From: an uncultured Prevotella sp.
GTDB lineage: Bacteria > Bacteroidota > Bacteroidia > Bacteroidales > Bacteroidaceae
Length of the DNA: 64,000 nt
Reading direction: 5' to 3'
Assembly: GCA_946624005.1 (NCBI GenBank)
Contig: CAMORS010000004.1
Span: 3,839-67,838, forward strand
Part shown: positions 1-10,050 of the stretch, piece after piece
Numbering within the stretch: the stretch's first letter is position 1
Layout: each line of letters starts with the position of its first letter
Program-made: the position numbers and the translations under genes
The notes under the pieces: model-generated
What the model was told of the DNA's origin: nothing
What the model saw: the letters and a program-made list of their open reading frames with translations, nothing else
Databases searched by the model: none

Positions 1-1
1 G

Positions 2-2698
2 ATGAAGGCCCTGCAGGGACGTGTCCCGGGCATGAACATCTCGGCCGACGGTAACCCCTCGGGTGCCGCAACGGTGCGCATCCGTGGTAACGGCACGCTC
101 AACGACAACGACCCGCTCTACATCATCGACGGCGTACCGACGAAGGCCGGCATGCACGAGCTCAACGGCAACGACATCGAGTCGATACAGGTGTTGAAGG
201 ATGCCGCTTCGGCCAGCATCTACGGTAGCCGCGCCGCCAACGGTGTGATCATCATCACGACGAAGAAGGGTAAGGACGGCAAGGTACGTGTCGACTTCGA
301 CGGCAGCATTGCCGCTTCGATGTATGCCCGCCGCATGAAGGTGCTCAATGCCGAGCAGTGGGGCCAGGCCTTCTGGCAGGCTCGCGTCAACGACCATCTC
401 GATCCGAACAACAACAACCTGGGCTACTGCTTCGACTGGGGCTACGACCAGAACGGACAGCCACAGCTCAACGGTGTGACGATGAGCAAGTATCTCGATG
501 CCGCCAACACCGTAGAGGCCGCTAACACCGACTGGTTCGACGAGTCAACGCGCACGGGCGTGATACAGAATTATAATGTGAGCGTGAGCAACGGCAACGA
601 GAAGGGCTCGGCCTTCTTCTCGCTGGGCTACTACAAGAACCTCGGTGTCATCAAGACCTCCGACTTCGAGCGTTTCTCTGCCCGTATGAATACCGAATAC
701 AAGCTGATAGGCGACGTGCTGAGCATCGGCGAGAACTTCACCCTGAACCGCACCAGCGAGGTGGGTGCCCCGGGCGGATTCCTCGAGAATGCCCTGCAGT
801 TCAATCCCAACTACCCCATCTACAACACGCTGGGCGAATATGCCAACCTTACCGGCGGCTATGCCGACCGTGAGAACCCGCGGTCGACACTCTCGCGCAA
901 TGCCGACAACCGCTACACCTATTGGCGTACGTTCGGCGACGTGCATGTCAACCTTGCCCCGTTCAAAGGCTTCAACCTGCGCACTACCTTCGGTATCGAC
1001 TACAGCCAGAAGCAGCAACGCATCTTCACCTATCCTATCCCCAACGGCAACGTGGGGCGCGACGAGAATGGTGTCGAGGCCAAGCAGGAACACTGGATGA
1101 AGTGGATGTGGAACGCTGTGGCCTCGTACAACTTCGAAGTGGGCAAGCACCGCGCCGACGCGCTCGCCGGTATCGAGCTCAACCGTCAGGACGACATCTG
1201 GTTCTCGGGCTACCGTCAGGACTTCGCCGTGCTGAACACCGACTATATGTGGCCCAGCGCCGGTGTGGAAGGCACGGACAAGGCCTACGGATCGGGCTCG
1301 GGCTTCTCGCTCGTATCGTTCTTCGGCAAGGCCAACTACACCTACGACGACCGCTACCTGGCCTCGCTGACCATCCGTCGCGACGGTTCGAGCCGCTTCG
1401 GTAAGAACAACAAGTACGGTACGTTCCCCTCTGTTTCGCTTGGTTGGCGTATCAGCGAGGAGGCCTTCCTCAAAGGAAAAGCCTCGTGGCTCGACAACCT
1501 GAAGCTGCGCGCCTCGTGGGGACAGACTGGTAACCAGGAGATCTCCAACACGGCCCGCTACACCCTCTATACCACGACGGGCAGCCTTAACTTCGGCGGC
1601 GACTCGTACAACACGGGCTACGACATCCAGGGTACCAACGGCGGACACACGCTCGACAGCGGATTCAAGCGCAACCAGATTGGCAACGACAACATCAAAT
1701 GGGAGACGACAACACAGGTGAACGTTGGTCTCGACTTCGGCTTCTTCGGCAATGCGCTCTATGGTAGCATCGACTGGTATCACAAGAAGACCACCGACAT
1801 CCTCGTCAACATGCCCGGTGTGGGCGTCATGGGCGAGGGCAGCGCCATGTGGATCAATGCCGGCGAAATGCTCAACAAGGGTATCGAGGCCACCATCGGC
1901 TACCGCGGACAGACAGGCGACCTGCAGTACGACATCACCGGCAATATCAGCACCAACCGCAACAAGATAACCAAGCTGCCCGAGACCATTGCTGCCCGCG
2001 GCACCTTCGGCGGCAACGGCGTGAAGAGTGTCGTCGACCATCCCATGGGAGCCCAGGTGGGCTATATCTTCGACGGTATCTTCCAGAACCAGGAGGAGGT
2101 AGACAACCATGCTGTCCAGGAGGGAGCCGGCGTAGGGCGTATGCGCTTCCTCGACCTGAACAAGGACGGCTTCATCACCGAAGCCGACCAAGACTGGATC
2201 TACGACCCGACGCCCGACTTCACGTACGGTCTGAATGTCTACCTGCAGTATAAGAACTTCGACTTCACGATGTTCTGGCAGGGTGTGAAGGGCAACGATG
2301 TCATCACCATCGACTACAAGCGTCAGACCGACCTCTGGGCCGGTGTCAACGTTCCGAACCTGAACAAGGGCATCCGCGTGCTCGACGCCTGGACACCGCA
2401 GAACAGCGGTTCGACCATTCCCGCGCTGACCACGATGGACACCAACAACGAGACGCGCGTATCGTCGTACTACGTCGAGAACGGCTCGTTCCTGAAACTG
2501 CGCACCGTGCAGTTTGGCTACAACTTCCCCGACAGCTTCGCCAAGAAACTCTACATGCAGCGTCTGCGCATGTATGTCTCGGCCCAGAACCTCTTCTGCA
2601 TCAAGAGTGGCGACTATACGGGAGTGGACCCGGAAGTGCCTACCTTCGGCTATCCTATCCCGCTGAACGTAACGTTCGGACTGAATGTTTCCTTTTAA
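2..2698 (+). CDS. susC: SusC/RagA TonB-dependent transporter (5' end outside window), fructan PUL
   Basis: Plug motifs PLYIIDG and IESIQVLKDAASASIYGSRAANGVIIITTKKG, RRDGSSRFG, C-terminal F; directly upstream of SusD. Confidence 0.95.
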   Translation: MKALQGRVPGMNISADGNPSGAATVRIRGNGTLNDNDPLYIIDGVPTKAGMHELNGNDIESIQVLKDAASASIYGSRAANGVIIITTKKGKDGKVRVDFDGSIAASMYARRMKVLNAEQWGQAFWQARVNDHLDPNNNNLGYCFDWGYDQNGQPQLNGVTMSKYLDAANTVEAANTDWFDESTRTGVIQNYNVSVSNGNEKGSAFFSLGYYKNLGVIKTSDFERFSARMNTEYKLIGDVLSIGENFTLNRTSEVGAPGGFLENALQFNPNYPIYNTLGEYANLTGGYADRENPRSTLSRNADNRYTYWRTFGDVHVNLAPFKGFNLRTTFGIDYSQKQQRIFTYPIPNGNVGRDENGVEAKQEHWMKWMWNAVASYNFEVGKHRADALAGIELNRQDDIWFSGYRQDFAVLNTDYMWPSAGVEGTDKAYGSGSGFSLVSFFGKANYTYDDRYLASLTIRRDGSSRFGKNNKYGTFPSVSLGWRISEEAFLKGKASWLDNLKLRASWGQTGNQEISNTARYTLYTTTGSLNFGGDSYNTGYDIQGTNGGHTLDSGFKRNQIGNDNIKWETTTQVNVGLDFGFFGNALYGSIDWYHKKTTDILVNMPGVGVMGEGSAMWINAGEMLNKGIEATIGYRGQTGDLQYDITGNISTNRNKITKLPETIAARGTFGGNGVKSVVDHPMGAQVGYIFDGIFQNQEEVDNHAVQEGAGVGRMRFLDLNKDGFITEADQDWIYDPTPDFTYGLNVYLQYKNFDFTMFWQGVKGNDVITIDYKRQTDLWAGVNVPNLNKGIRVLDAWTPQNSGSTIPALTTMDTNNETRVSSYYVENGSFLKLRTVQFGYNFPDSFAKKLYMQRLRMYVSAQNLFCIKSGDYTGVDPEVPTFGYPIPLNVTFGLNVSF

Positions 2699-2727
2699 TT
2701 GAAAATTGAAAATTGAAATTGACAATT

Positions 2728-4476
2728 ATGATTACTAAAATATATAAGCTTTTCGTAGCAGGTGTAGTATGTTGCTGTATCACAGCAACCCTCGCCTCAT
2801 GCAACGACTTCCTCGAGGAGCAGGTGCCGCAGGGTACTCTCTCCGACGAGCAGGTGAACACCTCCGAATATGTCGACAAACAAGTGACGGCGGCATACGC
2901 CATCTTCATCACAGCCGAGGATATCAATGCCTCGTTCTCGCTGTGGAACTACGACGTGCGCTCCGACGATGCCTATAAGGGCGGTTCGACCACCAACGAC
3001 GGCGACGTCTTCCATCAGCTGGAGGTGTCGCAGGGCATCCTCTCGACCAACTGGAACCTCAACGACATCTGGGTGCGTCTGTATAACGCCCTGTCGCGTG
3101 TCAATGCGGGCATCCGCGCCTTGGAGAATGTCGACGACAGCTACAGCCTGAAGAACGAACGCCTGGCCGAGTTGCGATTCCTCCGCGCATACGCCCACTT
3201 CCAGCTGAAGCGCCTGTTCAAGAAGATTCCCTTCGTCGTCCGTACAGACCTGACCTACGACGACTATGCCCTTATTTCCAACACCGAGTTTACCAACGAC
3301 GAGGGATGGGCAAAGATTGCCGAAGACCTGGAGTGGGCCTACAACATCCTGCCCGTGAAACAGGCCGACAAGGGTCGCCCCACAAAGGCTGCCTGTGCCG
3401 CATTCCTCGCCAAGGTCTATCTCTACAAGGCTTATCGCCAGGACAACGAGAACACCAACGAGGTGACCTCTATCAACGAGGCCGACCTCCAGAAAGTGGT
3501 AGAATATACCAATCCTGCCATCTATGCCGCCGGCGGCTACGAGCTGGAGACCGACATCCACAACAACTTCCGCCCGGAGGAGCAGTTCGAGAACGGGCCT
3601 GAGTCAGTCTGGGCTATCCAGTACTCGCGCAACGACGGTACGAAGTATGGCAACCTCAATCTGGGCAACGGACTGATTTGTCCCAACATCGTCAACGTGA
3701 CGGATGGCGGTACCGACTTCTATAAGCCTTCGCAGAACCTGGTGAATGCTTTCCGGACGGGTGCTGACGGTCTGCCTCTGTTAGACAGTTTCAACGATGC
3801 CGACTACGACATGGCCAACGACAATGCCGACCCGCGCCTCTTCCTGACCGTTGGTATGCCCGGACTGCCGTATATGTTCAATTCGAGTCTGATGATGGAC
3901 CGCTCGTCGAGTTGGAGCCGTTCGGGTGGCCTGTATGGCTACTACGTGACGCTGAAGCAGAATGTGGACCCTGCGCTGATTGGCAGTTATCTGATCAAGA
4001 GTTCGTTCTGGGCTACTTCGATGAACCGCATCGTCTTCCGCTATGCCGACGTGCTGCTGATGCGTGCCGAGGCTGAGGCTCAGCTGGGCAACACCGCCGA
4101 GGCCATCGCGCTGGTCAACCAGATTCGTGCGCGTGCCGCCGCTTCGACACAGATGATTTCGAACTATCCGTCGCGCTATGGCGTGAAGCTCTACTGCAAG
4201 ACGTACAACGGCACTTACTCGAAAGAAGAGACGATGAAGATCGTGAAGATGGAGCGCCGTCTGGAGCTGGCCATGGAGTCGGAGCGATTCCTCGACCTGG
4301 TGCGCTGGGGAGATGCTGCGAAGGTGCTGAACGACTACTATGCCGTGGAGAAGTCGAAGTGTAACATCTACGAGGAAGCTCGCTTCACGGCCAACAAGAA
4401 CGAGTATCTGCCCATCCCCTACCAGCAGTTTGCAGCTGCCAACGGCAACTACACTCAGAATTGCGGCAACTGGTAA
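2728..4476 (+). CDS. susD: SusD/RagB glycan-binding lipoprotein
   Basis: Lipobox LASC, ELRFLRAYAHF, FRYADVLLMRAEA, ERRLELAMESERFLDLVRWG. Confidence 0.95.
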   Translation: MITKIYKLFVAGVVCCCITATLASCNDFLEEQVPQGTLSDEQVNTSEYVDKQVTAAYAIFITAEDINASFSLWNYDVRSDDAYKGGSTTNDGDVFHQLEVSQGILSTNWNLNDIWVRLYNALSRVNAGIRALENVDDSYSLKNERLAELRFLRAYAHFQLKRLFKKIPFVVRTDLTYDDYALISNTEFTNDEGWAKIAEDLEWAYNILPVKQADKGRPTKAACAAFLAKVYLYKAYRQDNENTNEVTSINEADLQKVVEYTNPAIYAAGGYELETDIHNNFRPEEQFENGPESVWAIQYSRNDGTKYGNLNLGNGLICPNIVNVTDGGTDFYKPSQNLVNAFRTGADGLPLLDSFNDADYDMANDNADPRLFLTVGMPGLPYMFNSSLMMDRSSSWSRSGGLYGYYVTLKQNVDPALIGSYLIKSSFWATSMNRIVFRYADVLLMRAEAEAQLGNTAEAIALVNQIRARAAASTQMISNYPSRYGVKLYCKTYNGTYSKEETMKIVKMERRLELAMESERFLDLVRWGDAAKVLNDYYAVEKSKCNIYEEARFTANKNEYLPIPYQQFAAANGNYTQNCGNW

Positions 4477-4525
4477 TTGACAATGGATAATTGACAATTG
4501 ATAACAAATAAAAGATTTCTGAAAG

Positions 4526-5929
4526 ATGAAGACAATATATAGAATAATGATGTTTGTTTGCGTCGGCATAGCCGCCGCTTACATGACGGCATGCGACAAG
4601 AACGACGACTGCAGCCTTGACCTCACGGGCAACTGCATGATAGAGGAGCTGTCGCTCGACAACTATGAGGGCACGATAGACCTCGCTACGAGAAGCATTG
4701 TGGTACGTCTGCCCGAGGGGCACGATGCCTCGCGAATGACGGTGACGAGCCTGAAAATCTCTGACGGCGCAAAGGCCGACATCGCTCAGGGTCAGGTGCT
4801 CAACATGGAGAGCGCACAGGCCATCCGCGTCAGCATGGGCGACCTCTATATGGACTGGAACCTCAGCATCCTGCACGACGAGGCCAAGATTCTGTCCTTC
4901 GTGGTGAACGATATCTATACGGGTGTCATCAACGAGGAGGACAAGACCATCACGGTGTATGTGCCGGGTTCGGTGGACGTGAAGACCATCGTGCCGACCA
5001 TCGAGGTGTCGACGAATGCTACAATCAGTCCGCTGAGCGGTGTAGCTACCGACTTCAGCGAGCCTGTGACGTATACCGTTACGAACAACACGGCGAAAAA
5101 CGAGTATGTTGTTACCGTTCATGCCATCGGCAAGCCGAAGGCCCTCTTCGTTGGCGCTGCTTCGGATATGTCGAAGCTCGACCCGGAGGCCCAGGCAGCC
5201 TGCTCGTGGATGCTGGCCAACGTACCGGAGTCGATGTATGCTTCGTTTGCCGACGTCCAGTCGGAACAGATCGACCTCTCTGAGTGTAAGATTATCTGGT
5301 GGCACTATCATAAGGATGGCGGCGTAGACGGCCACGATGCCTTTGTGGCCAACGCTCCTGAGGCCCTTGCTGCCACGAACCAGCTGCGCACGTTCCGCGA
5401 GAATGGCGGCGCGCTCTTCCTGACGCGCTACGCCACGAACCTGCCGTCGTTCATCGGTGTGACGGGCGACGACGAGTGGACGACGCCCAACAACTGCTGG
5501 GGTCAAAACGAGGATGGCGCCGAGCTTTGCGGCGGCCCGTGGACGTTCCGTATCTTCGACGGTCAGAACGGTCATCCGCTGTGGCAGAATCTCATCGCCG
5601 GCGACAATGCTCAGGAGGTGTATTGCACGGATGCCGGCTACCACATCACCAACTCTACGGCACAGTATCATATCGGCACCGACTGGGGCGGCTATGACGA
5701 CCATGCTGCGTGGGAGGCCCGCACGGGCGGTAAGATTCTCGGCGTGGGCGGCGACGGTGCTGTCGTGGCCTGGGAATATCCGGCCACGGACGGTAAGGGT
5801 GGCATCATCTGTATCGGCTCGGGCTGCTACGACTGGTATTCGTACACCTATGAGGCCGGCTATCAGGAGAACTACCACCGCAACATTGCCATCATTACTC
5901 AGAACGCATTCAATTACTTAACGAAATAA
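4526..5929 (+). CDS. Surface glycan-binding lipoprotein (DUF4960-type with Ig-like repeats), fructan PUL
   Basis: Lipobox MTAC, Ig-like segment (ATISPLSGVATDFSEPVTYTVT), position between SusD and GH32. Confidence 0.7.
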   Translation: MKTIYRIMMFVCVGIAAAYMTACDKNDDCSLDLTGNCMIEELSLDNYEGTIDLATRSIVVRLPEGHDASRMTVTSLKISDGAKADIAQGQVLNMESAQAIRVSMGDLYMDWNLSILHDEAKILSFVVNDIYTGVINEEDKTITVYVPGSVDVKTIVPTIEVSTNATISPLSGVATDFSEPVTYTVTNNTAKNEYVVTVHAIGKPKALFVGAASDMSKLDPEAQAACSWMLANVPESMYASFADVQSEQIDLSECKIIWWHYHKDGGVDGHDAFVANAPEALAATNQLRTFRENGGALFLTRYATNLPSFIGVTGDDEWTTPNNCWGQNEDGAELCGGPWTFRIFDGQNGHPLWQNLIAGDNAQEVYCTDAGYHITNSTAQYHIGTDWGGYDDHAAWEARTGGKILGVGGDGAVVAWEYPATDGKGGIICIGSGCYDWYSYTYEAGYQENYHRNIAIITQNAFNYLTK

Positions 5930-5936
5930 ACCAGCC

Positions 5937-7535
5937 ATGATGAAAAAAATGATGAATATATTCTGCATGGGTCTTGTGTGTTGCGGTATCGCCGCAACCA
6001 CAGCCTGCAGTGACGACGATTTCGCCGGCGACGCTCAGAAGGACTGGGCTGGAACGGCAACGACCTTCACGTCGGTCAACGACGACACCGAGGAGGCTTT
6101 CTCTACCTATTATAAGCACTATCTCGGCCGCATCGGCGACCCCATGCCTTTCTACGACAAGAAGGCCGGAAACTTCAAGGTGCTCTACCTGCAGGACTAT
6201 AACAACAACAGCGAGTTCTTCCACCCCATCTGGGCTGTCGCTACGACAGACGGCTGCAACTATGAGTCGCTCGGCGAGATCCTTCCCGCCGGCACCAACA
6301 TCGACCAGCAGGATGCAGCTCTCGGCACGGGCTGCTGTGTCTACAACGAGCAGGACCAGCTCTACTACATCTATTATACAGGCGAGAATGCCCGTTGCAC
6401 GAACCGCCAGGTGGTGATGCGCGCCACGTCGCCCGACTTCAAGAACTGGACGAAAGATCGCGAGTGGCGCCTCAACGGCCCCGACTACGGTTTCTCGGGA
6501 GTAGACTTCCGCGACCCGCAGATTTTCGAGGACGGCGGGGTTTACTATATGGTTATCACGAGCAAGAATCGCTTCGCTTACTTCAAGTCGTCGAACCTGA
6601 AGGACTGGACTTGCGAGGGAGGCTTCAACATGGTGTGGGACCGAATGTGCGAATGCCCCGATGTCTTCAAGATGGGTTCGTGGTGGTACCTCGTCTACAG
6701 TGAGGCTTTCCCCACCAGCTGGAGCCGTAAGGTGAAGTATATGATGGCCGACTCGTTCGAAGGACTGCGCAACTGCTTCAACGATCCGGGTGCCAACTGG
6801 CCGAAGGACGACAAGGAGGGTGTGCTTGACAGCCGTGCCTTCTATGCCGGAAAGACGGCCTCCGACGGACAGCACCGCTACATCTGGGGATGGTGTCCCT
6901 ATCGCACGGGTACGACCTACCACGACAAGAACCTGTCCGTGGGTGCCAACGGCGAGCCCAACTGGTCGGGCGCTTTGGTGTGCCACAAGCTTGTACAGCA
7001 TGAGAACGGTACGCTCACCGTTGGGGAGGTGCCAGCAATGGCAGCCAAATATGCCACACCCGTAGACTGCAAGGTGATGGCCAGCAACGGCTATAGCGAC
7101 GGTCGCCTCTCGGGCGATGGCGCCTACGTGCTGTACAACCGTCTGGGCAACCACAACCACATCTCGTTCACGGTGACGACCGGCGGCGACGGTGACAAGT
7201 TCGGTGTGTCGTTCTGCCGCGGTACCGATGCCACGAAGTACTACACCATGGTGGTCAACCCCGAATGGGAGAACGGTCGCCGCAAGGTGAACTTCGAGCA
7301 GGAAGGCCCAGAAGGCAAGGGCTTTGTAGAGGGCATTGACGGCTATATCTTCCCGCGACCGGCTGACAATGTTTACAACGTCAGCATCTATACCGACAAC
7401 TCCGTTGTGACGATGTATATCAACGGAATCTACGGCTACACACAGCGTATCTACGGCATCTATAAGAATTGCTGGTCGATCAACGGCTATGGTGGCGACA
7501 TCAGGATTAGTAACCTGAAGGTTTCAGCCTACTAA
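5937..7535 (+). CDS. GH32 endo-levanase-like lipoprotein
   Basis: Lipobox TTAC; GH32 catalytic motifs GDPMP, FRDP, CECPD; FYAGKT. Confidence 0.85.
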   Translation: MMKKMMNIFCMGLVCCGIAATTACSDDDFAGDAQKDWAGTATTFTSVNDDTEEAFSTYYKHYLGRIGDPMPFYDKKAGNFKVLYLQDYNNNSEFFHPIWAVATTDGCNYESLGEILPAGTNIDQQDAALGTGCCVYNEQDQLYYIYYTGENARCTNRQVVMRATSPDFKNWTKDREWRLNGPDYGFSGVDFRDPQIFEDGGVYYMVITSKNRFAYFKSSNLKDWTCEGGFNMVWDRMCECPDVFKMGSWWYLVYSEAFPTSWSRKVKYMMADSFEGLRNCFNDPGANWPKDDKEGVLDSRAFYAGKTASDGQHRYIWGWCPYRTGTTYHDKNLSVGANGEPNWSGALVCHKLVQHENGTLTVGEVPAMAAKYATPVDCKVMASNGYSDGRLSGDGAYVLYNRLGNHNHISFTVTTGGDGDKFGVSFCRGTDATKYYTMVVNPEWENGRRKVNFEQEGPEGKGFVEGIDGYIFPRPADNVYNVSIYTDNSVVTMYINGIYGYTQRIYGIYKNCWSINGYGGDIRISNLKVSAY

Positions 7536-7609
7536 ACACTCGTTGTAGAATTAGAAAATTAAAGAATTAAAGAATCTCTCTCTTTACGAACCAACACAAT
7601 AACGACGAG

Positions 7610-9127
7610 ATGAAAAAGTATCGTATAGCAATTTTGACAAGCATTCTGATGGCAGCAACACTGCCATCAGAATCGCTTTCTGCTGCGTTATGCATCGGCA
7701 GAGCCGACGCTTACCTTGACTACAATGAGCACTACCGCAACCAGTATCACTTCAGTCCACAAAGGGGCTGGATCAGCGACCCTTGCGGCTTCGTCTACCG
7801 CGACGGGCGATACCACTGCTATTGGTGGGGGTGTGCCGAGTCGGTCGATCTCGTCCATTTTACCGAGATTAGCCGCCATGTTCACAAGGATGTGCCGCGA
7901 GGATTGGGTTGCTGGACAGGCTGTGTTGTGGTCGATACGGCCAATACCGCCGGTTTCGGAAAGGAAGCCTACGTTGCCTGTCTTACGTTCAACGACGGCG
8001 AACGCAAAAACCAGTCGCAGGGTCTCACTATCAGTCATGATGACGGTAGGACGTTCACTTACTACGAGGGAAACCCGGTGCTCGACATCGGCTATCAGGA
8101 CTTCCGCGACCCCACGATCATCTGGCATGAGGCGACCGGTCGGTGGCTCATGGTGGTCAGCAAGACGTTGGAGAGCAAAGTGGCTTTCTATGCCTCCGAC
8201 GACCTCAAACACTGGACGTGGCTCAGCGACTTCGGACCAGCAGGGCGGACGTATCGCTGCTTCGAATGTCCCGACCTCTTTGAGCTTGAGGTGGATAACG
8301 GCCCCATGAAAGGACAGAAGAAGTGGGTACTCGTCGTCTCAGTAGACTGGGACAACGAGCAATACTTCGTTGGCGACTTCGACGGCACCACCTTCACGGC
8401 CGAAGGGTTGAAACAAGAAACAGGCGTCTATGTAGACTGCGGCCCCGACTTCTATGCCTCCAGGACGTTCAAGGACTTCGACGGAACGCTGGGCGGTAAG
8501 GTGTACAGCATGGGATGGATGTCGAACTGGCGCTACTGCCGCGACTTGCCGACGACGTATGGCAAGGGTTTCTGGTCGATTCCGCGCGAACTGTCTCTCC
8601 GTGAAACGGCTGAAGGATGGCGTCTCGTACAGAAGCCCAAGAAAGAGATTTATTCGCTCAGGGGGAATCCACAATTTTTTGAGGGATTCCTCCTTCCGGG
8701 CAGGACGACTATCGACGCCGTCGGCCAGCTGGGCAACACCTATGAGGCGATGGTAGGCTTCGACACGTCGATAAGCAACACCTTCGGAATCAACCTTTGT
8801 GCCGGTGGCGGTCGGAAACTTGTCATCACCTACGACACCGAGAGCCATTCGCTCGTCGTAGACCGTAGTCAGGTGGCCGACTTCGACATGCCGAAGTTCG
8901 AGACGACGTGCCATGCCAAGGTAGCACCCATCGACGGATGGCTGAAGCTGGACATATTTGTTGACAGGTGTTCTGTTGAAATATTTTCGGAAGATGGCAC
9001 GTGTGTTTTCTCGCTGGCTACCTTCACCGCCGACAGCCATACGGCCTTCGAACTGTTCAGCCAAATGCTGGGAACGGCATATTCCATGTCCGTGTGGCCG
9101 ATGAGGAGCATCTGGCCAAAAGGGTAG
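7610..9127 (+). CDS. GH32 beta-fructofuranosidase/levanase
   Basis: HFSPQRGWISDPCG (variant of WMNDPNG), DFRDP, FECPDLF, C-terminal DRCSVEIF beta-sandwich. Confidence 0.9.
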   Translation: MKKYRIAILTSILMAATLPSESLSAALCIGRADAYLDYNEHYRNQYHFSPQRGWISDPCGFVYRDGRYHCYWWGCAESVDLVHFTEISRHVHKDVPRGLGCWTGCVVVDTANTAGFGKEAYVACLTFNDGERKNQSQGLTISHDDGRTFTYYEGNPVLDIGYQDFRDPTIIWHEATGRWLMVVSKTLESKVAFYASDDLKHWTWLSDFGPAGRTYRCFECPDLFELEVDNGPMKGQKKWVLVVSVDWDNEQYFVGDFDGTTFTAEGLKQETGVYVDCGPDFYASRTFKDFDGTLGGKVYSMGWMSNWRYCRDLPTTYGKGFWSIPRELSLRETAEGWRLVQKPKKEIYSLRGNPQFFEGFLLPGRTTIDAVGQLGNTYEAMVGFDTSISNTFGINLCAGGGRKLVITYDTESHSLVVDRSQVADFDMPKFETTCHAKVAPIDGWLKLDIFVDRCSVEIFSEDGTCVFSLATFTADSHTAFELFSQMLGTAYSMSVWPMRSIWPKG

Positions 9128-9267
9128 GGCGGTGATTGACGTGGCTGAGCCCTGTCTTACCGGACCTTGCTGGGTGATTGGCTTCCGCCGAAGGTACTTC
9201 CGTTCGGAAAAGCCCGAAAAAAAGCAACTTTTCTTTGCTTTTTCTTGTCTTTTCGCTCACTTATTCG

Positions 9268-9275
9268 TACCTTTG
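9268..9275 (+). promoter_or_regulatory. Bacteroidetes sigma-70 -7 element TACCTTTG
   Basis: Matches TAnnTTTG, about 20 bp before ATG 9295; TTG 20 nt upstream. Confidence 0.6.
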
Positions 9276-9294
9276 CCGTAAAAATACGGAGTGT

Positions 9295-9987
9295 ATGCCA
9301 ACAAAACATCCCACATGGAACGACGAAGACTGGTTGCTGCTGATGCAGCTCTACCTGTTCAAGCCCGTCGGCGTGAAGCCTATCTATTCACGCCCGATGG
9401 TAGACCTCGCCCTTGAACTGCACATCCACCCGCAGGTGCTCTACGAGCAGATGATGAAGCTCAGGCAGATAGACACCCCGCGTATGGAGCGTCTTTGGCA
9501 GCAGTATGGCAACAGCCCGAGACGCTTGGCCAAGGGGGTGAAGATGCTGCGCCAGATGAAGGGCTTCCGCAATGCCAACGCCTTCTACGATGGAGTGGAG
9601 GAGACTATTGCCGAATGGGAAACCGACTTCATGCCCTTGGAGGGCATTACCATGCCGCAACAGCAAACCGCCGCATCATCGCAGAAGACAACGATGATGC
9701 CCGTCCACCTCATCATGATTCTCGACCAGTATTTCCGCCTGACACCGACAACTATGGTTGCTTCCACTCCCGAAGTGAAAGACCTCGCACGGTTGTTGGA
9801 CATACCGGCCGAGACGGTTGTCGAGGTGATGGACGTGTTCCAGATTTGCGATCCCTACTTGAAGCGCGATGCCATGATGGTGAGCGAGTTCTTGCTACCT
9901 TGCAGGCTGATATGGCAACGTTTCGGCAACGACAAACCCGAGAAGCTGGCAGCCCTGGCCGCACAGCTGAAAGCATATTTTGTCTGA
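9295..9987 (+). CDS. Hypothetical protein with two helical repeats
   Basis: ORF with promoter; halves share LL/IL..LY/QYF...V.DLA..L.I pattern. Confidence 0.7.
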   Translation: MPTKHPTWNDEDWLLLMQLYLFKPVGVKPIYSRPMVDLALELHIHPQVLYEQMMKLRQIDTPRMERLWQQYGNSPRRLAKGVKMLRQMKGFRNANAFYDGVEETIAEWETDFMPLEGITMPQQQTAASSQKTTMMPVHLIMILDQYFRLTPTTMVASTPEVKDLARLLDIPAETVVEVMDVFQICDPYLKRDAMMVSEFLLPCRLIWQRFGNDKPEKLAALAAQLKAYFV

Positions 9988-10050
9988 AAGAGGAGAGAGG
10001 AGAGAGGGGCATCGACAGAGCCGAAGCTTTCCAAGTAATTATAGGAGTTT

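Noticed and set aside
545..2725. Long antisense/shadow ORFs (also 4385-5878, 27948-29246, 45518-47179, 47896-49581 and others)
   Set aside because: They overlap well-supported genes on the opposite strand, are expected from high GC3 codon bias, and show no motifs
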